From: Ktedonobacterales bacterium
Lineage (GTDB): Bacteria; Chloroflexota; Ktedonobacteria; Ktedonobacterales; JADMIN01
Assembly: GCA_036559055.1 (NCBI GenBank)
Contig: DATBTW010000256.1
Coordinates: 1 to 62,183 of the forward strand
Reading direction: 5' to 3'
DNA: 62,183 nt
The stretch's first letter is position 1. The number at the start of each line of letters is the position of its first letter. The notes below the pieces were generated by a model. That model searched no databases and had not been told where the DNA came from. It worked only from the letters and a program-made list of their open reading frames with translations. Position numbers and translations under genes: made by a program. Positions 27,401 through 35,424 of this stretch are shown here, piece by piece.

Positions 27401-27430
27401 GTTGCGCCACGCAACGTTGCGTGGCGCAAC
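27401..27430. promoter_or_regulatory. Perfect 30-bp palindrome (two tandem GTTGCG-N3-CGCAAC sites), a candidate operator
   Basis: GTTGCGCCACGCAACGTTGCGTGGCGCAAC lies in the divergent intergenic region between the XRE gene and the 27641 gene. A second inverted repeat, agcgtaca-N7-tgtacgct, lies at 27437-27459. Confidence 0.6.
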
Positions 27431-27640
27431 TTCACAAGCGTACATTCATAGTGTACGCTGGCTGTCAAGAAGGAGGAAGACACAAACCCATATGTGTGGG
27501 GACTATCCAGGCAGATTCTGAGTAGCCAGTAGGCGTAGTTTCTGTGAAATTAGATGTTCTGGATAGGAGGTGTACTGCAAACCAGTCATCAACGCTTCGT
27601 TGAACTGTCATCCCAACACAAGCGGGATCGCGTGGGAGTC

Positions 27641-28579
27641 ATGCATGGAGGTGGCACGACGATACCAAAGAAAAGGAGCCTCGTATCGTGGCATCGCGGC
27701 AGGGCGATACTTGGGATTCTGATAGCGGTCATGATACTCATCGCTGGCGGAATAACGTCGGGGACGGGGTTACTGGCGCGTGGTGGAACCAGTACGGCAG
27801 TGTTCGCGACGCCTACTCCAGCCAGTACGATCAAAAACACCGGCGCGCACTCAAAATCGTCTGGAAGATCACCCGGCAGCGGACCAGCGCTTTGGATGGT
27901 CATTCCATCGGCATTAGCAGGACATACCGTACACTGGACGCAAGTGAGTTACTCGTATAGGGCCACCAGTCCTGACCCGGCCAATGGTCAGCTTGTGACA
28001 GGATCAGTCTGGGAGCAAATTGGCGCCGATGGCATACCAACCGTGTTCTTCGCCAGCTACACGCTCAGCACGGGCGTACCCTTGCAAGAAATTCTGCAAA
28101 CCAGGAATGGTGTCATGCTCCTGCTGGGTTCGGCGTACGCTGGACAGGGGCCTTCTTGCACCCAGCAATCGCAGTCGGTCAGTGTCGCGCAGATGCGCGC
28201 TACGCTGCCACCGTTTGCGGACGAATCAAAACTTGCCAGCCAAGGGTTTAGCAAGACACTCTTGAAAGCCCCGGCCTATGGCGTTCCCACGTCGCGCGAT
28301 TCCATCATCGGAGTAACTCCAGTTCAGGTATATGGTAGCGTTGGTTCCGCGTATTCGTGGGTTGCGCGTACAAGTCTACAGGGAAACGCGACCGAGGTCA
28401 CAATCATCGACGCGGACGCCCAGGGGCGCGTCGAGACCCAGGACAGCCAGATCATAAGCGGCGCTGGCGCTATAACGAGTGAGACGCGCACAACATTCGG
28501 CGTGCTTCAGGTCTATGCCTCCTCGTCTGTGCCCGCCTCGGTCTTTCCAACGCAGATAGGAAGGGCATGCAATGGCTAA
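27641..28579 (+). CDS. Hypothetical membrane-anchored extracytoplasmic protein in a low-GC island
   Basis: ATG at 27641 preceded by GGGAG. There is a single N-terminal TM helix (AILGILIAVMILIAGGI). The remaining 260 aa or so are Ser/Thr/Gly/Gln-rich. Codon usage is atypical (ata, tta, aga, agg). I recognise no family. Confidence 0.55.
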   Translation: MHGGGTTIPKKRSLVSWHRGRAILGILIAVMILIAGGITSGTGLLARGGTSTAVFATPTPASTIKNTGAHSKSSGRSPGSGPALWMVIPSALAGHTVHWTQVSYSYRATSPDPANGQLVTGSVWEQIGADGIPTVFFASYTLSTGVPLQEILQTRNGVMLLLGSAYAGQGPSCTQQSQSVSVAQMRATLPPFADESKLASQGFSKTLLKAPAYGVPTSRDSIIGVTPVQVYGSVGSAYSWVARTSLQGNATEVTIIDADAQGRVETQDSQIISGAGAITSETRTTFGVLQVYASSSVPASVFPTQIGRACNG

Positions 28580-29054
28580 ACGCTTCGGGTTGCTCGCGCT
28601 ATTGGCCGCTTTCGTTCTGACGGTTGTTGCCACAAGTGCGCCTACCGCGTATGCCGAGCCCACTCGCGCAGAGGGCTGGACTGGCTGGGATTGCAAAGTG
28701 GATGTAGGCGTCCAGGTTCAGAATGGTTGGCTCAGTGGCCAGGGATGTATCAACTGGACTGACGACAGCAGCTTCGTGTGGGCGGTATGGGCCTCCACGT
28801 CAGCTCCGCAAAGCTATGCGATCTACACCGACACGTACGGATATGACCAGTGCGCCCCAAATCCGTACCAACTCGACATGAACACCGGCGCAACTGTCTA
28901 CAACACGAACTACGGTACCAGCAATGAAGCCGTAGGTTACTACCAGAATTGCGTCGTGGACATAACTACGAGGAGTTCAACGCCAACCTCAGCAAAGCTA
29001 CATCATCGTCTCAGTATGAAGGCGGCTCAGCCTGGTTCCTTCCCTGAGCGATGA
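28572..29054 (+). CDS. Small secreted four-cysteine protein of unknown function
   Basis: It has a signal peptide (MAKRFGLLALLAAFVLTVVATSAPTAYA/EP). The mature part of about 130 aa contains 4 Cys and many Trp/Tyr/Asn. Its start overlaps the upstream stop by 8 nt, which suggests translational coupling. Confidence 0.6.
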   Translation: MAKRFGLLALLAAFVLTVVATSAPTAYAEPTRAEGWTGWDCKVDVGVQVQNGWLSGQGCINWTDDSSFVWAVWASTSAPQSYAIYTDTYGYDQCAPNPYQLDMNTGATVYNTNYGTSNEAVGYYQNCVVDITTRSSTPTSAKLHHRLSMKAAQPGSFPER

Positions 29055-29096
29055 CCACAGTGGAGTGGTAGGGCAGGTTCCTGTCACGGTAATGGG

Positions 29097-30020
29097 CTAG
29101 CCCACGATCTCGGTCGTCAGGTTGGGAAGATTACTCGCTGTGGTCCCTGTTTCAGCCCCTCCGGCGGGATCCGCGCCCTCTTCGGCGTCGGGCTGGGCGA
29201 TGTCGCTGGCGGCGATGCGCTTGAGCACGCTGGTGGTGTCGCGCAGGCGCTGGCCCGTGCCGCCGCGCCGCCAGGCCAGCAACTCCGCCGCGATGCTCAG
29301 GGCGATCTCGTCGGGGGTCTGCGCGCCCAGATCGAGGCCGATGGGCGCATGCACGCGCTCCAGGTCGGCGCGTGGCGTCCCGGCGCGCAGCAGATGGCGG
29401 AAGATATTGCGCACCTTGGAGGGGCTGCCGATCATGCCGACATAGCCCGCCGCGCTCTCGATAGCCGCGCGCAGCGCCTCCTCATCGGAGCGGTGGCCGC
29501 GCGTGACGATGACGATGGCGCTCATGGCGTCGGCCTGGCGCTCGCGCAGCCAGCCCGCGATCTCGGCCACTGCGACCTCGGCGCCCGGCGGCAGCGCAGC
29601 CGAGCCAGCGAACTCCGAGCGGTCATCCACCAGCGCCACGCGCCAGCCCAGCGGCGCCGCCAGCCGCGCCAACGCCTGCGCCACGTAGCCCGACCCGGCG
29701 ATTAGCAGGCGTGGCTCGGGTCGCAGCGGCTCGATGAAGACCTCGATGGTCGCCCCGCAGCTCCCCACACTCTCGCCTGAGTCGGGGTCGAGGTGGTACG
29801 TGACCAGCTCCGATTCGCCAGAGCGCAGCAGCCGCAGCCCATCCTCACGTGCGCGGGCGTCCAGGCTGGCGGCGCCCAGGGTGCCGCTCAGCGCGCCGCC
29901 TTCGCGCGCCAGCAGGCGAGTTCCCGGCGGGCAGGGGGTCGCGCCATTGACCCGCACGACGGTGAGCAGCGCCACAGCCTGCCCATGGGCCAGCGCCCGA
30001 GCGATCTCGTCAAACATCAT
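29097..30020 (-). CDS. XdhC/CoxI family accessory protein
   Basis: The N-terminal XdhC_CoxI region (ALLTVVRVNGATPCPPGTRLL) is followed by the Rossmann-like XdhC_C region (PRLLIAGSGYVAQALARLA...IVIVTRGHRSDEEAL). Confidence 0.8.
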   Translation of the reverse strand: MMFDEIARALAHGQAVALLTVVRVNGATPCPPGTRLLAREGGALSGTLGAASLDARAREDGLRLLRSGESELVTYHLDPDSGESVGSCGATIEVFIEPLRPEPRLLIAGSGYVAQALARLAAPLGWRVALVDDRSEFAGSAALPPGAEVAVAEIAGWLRERQADAMSAIVIVTRGHRSDEEALRAAIESAAGYVGMIGSPSKVRNIFRHLLRAGTPRADLERVHAPIGLDLGAQTPDEIALSIAAELLAWRRGGTGQRLRDTTSVLKRIAASDIAQPDAEEGADPAGGAETGTTASNLPNLTTEIVG

Positions 30021-30042
30021 CGCCCTGCCTTTCGCGGCTGAT

Positions 30043-30168
30043 CGCGGCCATAAATGGCCGTCGCACGGTACGTGGGCATCAATGCCCCTGGCGCATCTCC
30101 CAATGCGGCTTTCAAGCCGCCATCCGCGTGCTCCGGCCTTTCAAGGCCGCGAGCGCCAGCCGCGCAGC
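30043..30168 (+). repeat. Multi-hairpin interspersed repeat, copy A
   Basis: It contains serial short palindromes: ggccataaatggcc, gggcatcaatgccc, gcggctttcaagccgc and ccggcctttcaaggccg. By manual alignment it is about 85% identical to 57396-57540. Confidence 0.75.
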
Positions 30169-30170
30169 CC

Positions 30171-30584
30171 TTACTCCTCGTCCTCGTCCTCTTCGTCGTC
30201 GGTCCAGCGGCCCGTGTATGGCCCCTGGATGCCCTGGTGCAGCACGCGCAGCGAGAGCAGCGCGCAGCGTTGCCGCGCCGGGCCAATCTCCACGCCGAGC
30301 ATCTCGAAGATGTCGTCGGGGGTCAGCGCGCGCAGCTCGTCGAGGCTGGCCCCCTCGATGCGGTCGGTCAGCATCGAAGCGGTCGCCTGGCTGATTGCGC
30401 AGCCCCGCCCGCTGAAGCGCACCTCGCGCACATGGTCGTCGTCGCCGACGTTCAGATCGATCTCGATGCGGTCGCCGCACAGCGGATTGGTATCCGCCGC
30501 GCTCAGCGTGGGCTGCTCCAGCTTGCCGTGGTTATGCGGCTCGCGGTAATGCTCCAGAATGTATTGGCGATAGATGTCATCCAT
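30171..30584 (-). CDS. sufU: SUF-system Fe-S cluster scaffold/sulfur-transfer protein SufU
   Basis: NPLCGD, GRGCAIS and RQRCALLS cysteine motifs are present. The C-terminal tail is acidic. Confidence 0.9.
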   Translation of the reverse strand: MDDIYRQYILEHYREPHNHGKLEQPTLSAADTNPLCGDRIEIDLNVGDDDHVREVRFSGRGCAISQATASMLTDRIEGASLDELRALTPDDIFEMLGVEIGPARQRCALLSLRVLHQGIQGPYTGRWTDDEEDEDEE

Positions 30585-30681
30585 AGATGTGGTGTTTTCT
30601 CTGAACCCGCGCAGGCGGGTCTGGTGGCGGCCCGCAGACCACCTTCAGGCGCGGTTTCAACCGCTGCGCCGCTCACATAAA

Positions 30682-31998
30682 CTATAGCGCAAAGACGGCG
30701 CGCGCGTGTTCCAGCGCCTCCGCCAGCGTGTCGATCTCAGCGGAGGTAGTGTAGACGTAGAAGCTGGCGCGCGCGGTGGCCGCCACCTGCAACCGCTCCA
30801 TCAGCGGCTGCGCGCAGTGGTGGCCAGCCCGCACGGCCACGCCCTCGCGGTCGAGCAGCGTGGCCAGGTCGTGCGCGTGGATGTCGCCCAGCGTGAACGA
30901 GATGACGCCGCCGCGGCGCTCGGCGGGCGGCCCGAAGATCGTCATGTCGGGGATGGCGCGCAGCCGCTCCAGCGCGTAGACCGTCAGCGCATGCTCGTGG
31001 GCGCGCACCTGCTCCATGTCGAGCTGGCGCAGGTAGTCTACCGCCGCGCCCAGCCCGATCGCCTCGATGATGGCAGGCGTGCCCGCCTCATACTTCCACG
31101 GCAGATCGTTGAAGGTCGTGCCCTCCAGCGTCACCTCGCGGATCATATCGCCGCCGCCGAGGAAGGGCGGCATGGCCTCCAGCAGCGCGGCGCGCCCCCA
31201 CAGCACGCCGATACCGGACGGGCCGAGCATCTTATGCCCGCTGAAGGCGTAGAAATCGCAGTCGAGCGCCCGCACATCCACTGGCAGGTGCGGCGCCCCC
31301 TGCGCGCCATCCACCAGAACGAGCGCGCCGACGGCGTGGGCTTTGGCGATCAGCTCAGGCAGCGGCGTCAGCGTCCCCAGCACATTCGACATCTGGGTCA
31401 GCGCCACCAGCTTTGGCTTGTGCCGCTCCAGCAGCGTGTCATAGGCGGCCAGATCAAGCTCGCCCTCGTTGGTGATGGGCGTGTAAGAGACACGCGCGCC
31501 AGTGCGCTGGGCGGCGAGCTGCCACGGCACGATGTTGCTGTGGTGCTCCATCTCGCTCAGCAGAATCGCGTCGCCCGCGCGCAGATTGGCGTCGGCCCAT
31601 GTCCGCGCGACCAGATTGATGCTCTCCGTCGTATTGCGCGTGAAGATGACCTCGCGGGCGCTGCGGGCGTTGATGAATTTCGCCACGTTCTTGCGGGCGC
31701 GCTCGTAGGCGCGGGTGGCTTCCTCGCTGAGCGTGTAGGCGCCGCGATGGATGTTGGCGTAGGAGGTGCGCGCGAACTGATCCATCGCAGCGAGGACGGC
31801 GGTGGGCTTCTGGCTGCTGGCGGCGCTATCGAGGAACGCCAGCGGCTTGCCATTGATCTCGCGCGCGAGGATGGGGAAATCGGCGCGCGGCGCGAGCGAC
31901 CCGATGGCGCCGATCGCTCCGACAGCTCCGATGGCTACGGCGTCGCTGGCGGTCGCGGATGATGTGGTCGCGTCAGTCGCTTCACTCGCGTCGAGCAT
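30682..31998 (-). CDS. sufS: Cysteine desulfurase SufS
   Basis: It has FLDSAASSQKP, the SGHKMLGPSGIG PLP-lysine motif and RAGHHCAQP with the active-site Cys. Confidence 0.9.
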   Translation of the reverse strand: MLDASEATDATTSSATASDAVAIGAVGAIGAIGSLAPRADFPILAREINGKPLAFLDSAASSQKPTAVLAAMDQFARTSYANIHRGAYTLSEEATRAYERARKNVAKFINARSAREVIFTRNTTESINLVARTWADANLRAGDAILLSEMEHHSNIVPWQLAAQRTGARVSYTPITNEGELDLAAYDTLLERHKPKLVALTQMSNVLGTLTPLPELIAKAHAVGALVLVDGAQGAPHLPVDVRALDCDFYAFSGHKMLGPSGIGVLWGRAALLEAMPPFLGGGDMIREVTLEGTTFNDLPWKYEAGTPAIIEAIGLGAAVDYLRQLDMEQVRAHEHALTVYALERLRAIPDMTIFGPPAERRGGVISFTLGDIHAHDLATLLDREGVAVRAGHHCAQPLMERLQVAATARASFYVYTTSAEIDTLAEALEHARAVFAL

Positions 31999-32131
31999 GC
32001 TGCCTCACTCCTCGCGCCCGCCTTTGGGCGCCTCGCTACGCCTCAGCTACGCCTCAACAATGCGCAGGAGCCGGAAGGGCATACCTCCCGGCTCCTGTTC
32101 GGCTGGTCGTCGTCGCAGGGGTCATCGGAGG

Positions 32132-32992
32132 CTACTTGCTTTCCGCTGCCTCCGCTGCCTCCGGGCCGATGAGCCACTCGTAGCCCTTCTTCTCCAGCTC
32201 CAGCGCGAAATCGGAACCGCCCGTCTTGATGATGCGCCCCTGATGCATGACATGCACCACATCTGGCGTGATGTAGTTCAGGATGCGCTGGTAGTGCGTG
32301 ATGATCAGCACGCCCATGCGCGGCCCACGCAGCGCGTTGACGCCCTCCGAGACGACGCGCAGCGCGTCGATGTCGAGGCCGGAATCCGTCTCGTCCAGCA
32401 CCGCCATGCTCGGCTCCAGCATCGCCATCTGCAGGATCTCGGCGCGCTTCTTCTCGCCGCCGGAGAAGCCCTCGTTCAGATAGCGGTTGATGAAGCTCTG
32501 ATCGACTTTGAGAATCTTCATCTTCTCGTTGATCAGCTTGCGGAACTCGGCGGGCGGAATACCCTTGCGCTTGGAGACCTGTCCGGTCGCCTCGTTATTG
32601 GCGGCGGGATCATACCCCTCGCGGCGGGCATCCACCGCGCGCCGCAGGAAGTTGGCGACGGTGACGCCGGGAACGGAGCTGGGATACTGGAAGGCCAGGA
32701 AGATGCCCATGCGCGCGCGCTTGTCGGGCGAGAGTTCAAGGATGTTGTGGCCCTTGAAGAGGACCTCGCCGCTGGTCACCTGATACTTGGGATGTCCCAT
32801 GATGACGTTGGCGAGCGTACTCTTGCCGGAGCCATTCGGCCCCATCAGGGCGTGCGTCTCCCCCTGAGTGATCGTCAGATCGACGCCGCGCAGAATCTCC
32901 TTGCCCTCGACGCTGGCGTGCAGGCCGCGGATGACGAGCTGCGCGGGCTGTGTCTCGACGCCCGGCGTGGCAGTGGCGGATGTGGTCTCCAT
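32132..32992 (-). CDS. sufC: Fe-S cluster assembly ATPase SufC
   Basis: It has Walker [10 protein letters not shown], the ABC signature FSGGEKKR, Walker [11 protein letters not shown], and AFQYP. Confidence 0.95.
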   Translation of the reverse strand: METTSATATPGVETQPAQLVIRGLHASVEGKEILRGVDLTITQGETHALMGPNGSGKSTLANVIMGHPKYQVTSGEVLFKGHNILELSPDKRARMGIFLAFQYPSSVPGVTVANFLRRAVDARREGYDPAANNEATGQVSKRKGIPPAEFRKLINEKMKILKVDQSFINRYLNEGFSGGEKKRAEILQMAMLEPSMAVLDETDSGLDIDALRVVSEGVNALRGPRMGVLIITHYQRILNYITPDVVHVMHQGRIIKTGGSDFALELEKKGYEWLIGPEAAEAAESK

Positions 32993-33140
32993 AGCCGTGA
33001 TGCGAACCTCCTCCCGCGCGCAGATGCGCCGGGTGATGCTTCTTCTCGTTCCCGAATCGTTATCGCGTCCGAGCGCGCCGAGCGCCGCGAACGTGGTCAG
33101 GCTCCGCTGAGCCGATGTCGCTATGTGAAAGTGGGTTGGC

Positions 33141-33680
33141 TCAGGCCTGCTGCGCGCCTGCTCCGCCCGGAGCGGATCGCCCGGCGCGTGGCGTCAGGGT
33201 GATGAGCCGCTGGACGGCGCGCTGGCTGGCCATCACCTGTTGCACGGCCAACGCAGCGTCGGCCTCGCGCAGCAGATCGGCCAGGGTGATGGCGTCGAGC
33301 GTCGCCGTGATGGCGTCGCGCACCCGCGCCCACAGGAAGTGGGTCGAGCAGCCGTCCAGACGGTCGCAGATGACGTCCATCTCGCCCTCGGTCGCGCAGA
33401 TCATCGGCGCGATTGGCCCCTCCAGCGCGCGCAGAATCTCGCTCATGCGCAGCTCTTCGGGCGACTTCGCCAGCCGATAGCCGCCATGCGCGCCACGGGT
33501 GGATTCCACCATTCCGTGCTGGCGCAGGGACCGCACCAACTGCTCCAGATACTGCTGTTGCAGTTCCAGCCCTTCAGCCAGACTGATCTCGGTCAGCGAG
33601 CAGGGCCTGTCTCCGTAGTGGCGCGCCAGATGAACCATCAGGCGCACCCCATACTCACCGCGTGTCGATACCCGCAGCAT
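33141..33680 (-). CDS. Rrf2-family transcriptional regulator (IscR/SufR-like, three clustered Cys)
   Basis: [20 protein letters not shown]...SLTEIS...GGYRLAK is the Rrf2 winged helix. The Cys ligand cluster is [19 protein letters not shown]. It heads the suf gene string. Confidence 0.85.
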   Translation of the reverse strand: MLRVSTRGEYGVRLMVHLARHYGDRPCSLTEISLAEGLELQQQYLEQLVRSLRQHGMVESTRGAHGGYRLAKSPEELRMSEILRALEGPIAPMICATEGEMDVICDRLDGCSTHFLWARVRDAITATLDAITLADLLREADAALAVQQVMASQRAVQRLITLTPRAGRSAPGGAGAQQA

Positions 33681-33806
33681 TGCCGGCCTCCTCGCTTATT
33701 CCGACTTGCCAACTAGGATATAGCATACCATCGTGCGCGAAGCCGGGTCAAGCAAGGCAGGAATCAGCGAGCGACCTGCGCCTTCGCCGAACGGAAACGC
33801 CTCCGG

Positions 33807-33843
33807 CTCCCTCTCCCTCTGGGAGAGGGCTGGGGTGAGGGCG
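33807..33843 (+). repeat. REP-like hairpin with a GGGGTGAGG tail
   Basis: ctccctctccctctgggagagggctggggtgagggcg. Confidence 0.7.
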
Positions 33844-33844
33844 T

Positions 33845-35401
33845 TCACCCGCGCACATTCACCTGCCAGACGATGATCTGCGCATCCTGCTCGTCGATCG
33901 TGGCGATGCGTGTTCCGTCGGGCGACCAGACGAGGGAGTTGAGGTCTCCGTAGCAGGCCAGCGACAGGACACCAGATAGGTAGGTGTAGTGCGTCTGCGC
34001 CAGCGGATCGCTTCCTTTGTTAGCGCGGATGGAGAGGACGGCGGTATCGTTTGGCGCGCAATTGAGCGTGGCGAGCAGCGTGCCATCTGGACTCTGGGCG
34101 AGCGTCATGCCCGCCTCAGATCCCGTCGCCAGCGGGATGGCGGCGCTGTTCGCTCCATTCGGCGGATTGACCAGCGGCGGCATATATCCGTCCGTCGCGG
34201 GCGCCGCGTTTGTTCCCGGCAGGTTGAGGAATGCGGAGGTGGCCAGATCGGGCGTCACATACTGCCCATCGGCTGACCATAGCCACTGGCTCGTGCGATA
34301 CAACACGGGGTCGGAGGGGCTGCGCCGTTCTCCGACCACGCCACTGCGCCACGGGGTGATGGCGCTGGCCGCTGGCGTCGTCGCGGAGCTGGGCGCCGCG
34401 CGGAGCTGGCCATCGGCGGTCCACTGGTACGATGGAGCGAAGGGGATGGTATCGCCCGTTGTCTGGATGTATTGCTCACTGGCCTGCCAGGCATAGGCCG
34501 GGATGTAGGGAGGTGTGGCGCCAGTCAGCGCGCCGGGAATCGCGCTGACGTTTGCGGCTCCGGTCTTCAGATTCCAGGTGATGAGCGGCAGCCCAGCCTG
34601 TTCGCCGCTGCCGTTCGCTGGCGCGATAGGCGTCGCCGCCACCAACAGCCGAGGCGGCGCGCCAACGCCCGGCTGCACGATGAGCAGCGCGCCCGCTTCC
34701 TGGCGGTTCAGCGGCGCCCCGGTAGGATCAGTTCCCGTCAGCAGTTCATACGTCAGGAAGAGCGCGATGGAGTGACCATCGGGTGTCCAGGCCAGCGATT
34801 GGAGGTTGGTGTTCTGTATCTGGCATCCGCTGGCGCCTGCGCACAGCGCGTCGGGGCTGGGCGCTGGTAACGTCTCGCGATGCGTCACATGTCCGGTGGC
34901 GCTGTTGAGAATAACGAGCGCAAAGCCCGTGGCGACATTACTACTGTGATAGATTCCTCCGCCGTTTGTGGCGGCGTCGATCTGCGGATTGTAGGCCACG
35001 CAATTGTCGGTGGGCAGGTTGGTCTGGCCAAAGACGGCGAGTTGCTTGCCATCGGGCGACCACGCAGGCTGGCTGGCGCAATAGATGATGCCGTTGAGAT
35101 CGAACCCTTTCACCGCGAGCGCGGGCGTGGTGTTGGCGCCCGGCTGTCCACTGTGACCCGCGCCGCGCAGGATGACGCCTCCGGCGATGGCGACGACGAT
35201 CACCACAGCTACGCCAATCAGCGCCGCCCTGCGCCAGCGTCGATAGCCACCACTGACTTGCGCATGGTCATCCGCAAGCGCGGGATGCGGCGCAGTCGTC
35301 TCTGTCGGCTGCGCATCGGTCTGTGGCGCCGCCTGCTGGATGAGATTACGCAGGGCGTCAAGCCTTCGCTGGCGCTCGCCATCACCCGAATGCTCGCTCA
35401 T
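33845..35401 (-). CDS. Membrane-anchored TolB/WD40-like beta-propeller protein, paralogue 1
   Basis: ATG at 35401 preceded by AGGAGG. It starts with a cytoplasmic MSEHSGDGERQRRLDALRNL leader, then a TM helix (AALIGVAVVIVVAIAGGVIL), then repeated WSPDG/WTPDG motifs. It ends in DEQDAQIIVWQVNVRG. Confidence 0.75.
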   Translation of the reverse strand: MSEHSGDGERQRRLDALRNLIQQAAPQTDAQPTETTAPHPALADDHAQVSGGYRRWRRAALIGVAVVIVVAIAGGVILRGAGHSGQPGANTTPALAVKGFDLNGIIYCASQPAWSPDGKQLAVFGQTNLPTDNCVAYNPQIDAATNGGGIYHSSNVATGFALVILNSATGHVTHRETLPAPSPDALCAGASGCQIQNTNLQSLAWTPDGHSIALFLTYELLTGTDPTGAPLNRQEAGALLIVQPGVGAPPRLLVAATPIAPANGSGEQAGLPLITWNLKTGAANVSAIPGALTGATPPYIPAYAWQASEQYIQTTGDTIPFAPSYQWTADGQLRAAPSSATTPAASAITPWRSGVVGERRSPSDPVLYRTSQWLWSADGQYVTPDLATSAFLNLPGTNAAPATDGYMPPLVNPPNGANSAAIPLATGSEAGMTLAQSPDGTLLATLNCAPNDTAVLSIRANKGSDPLAQTHYTYLSGVLSLACYGDLNSLVWSPDGTRIATIDEQDAQIIVWQVNVRG

Positions 35402-35424
35402 TGCCGTCTTTTCCTCCTGCGGCC

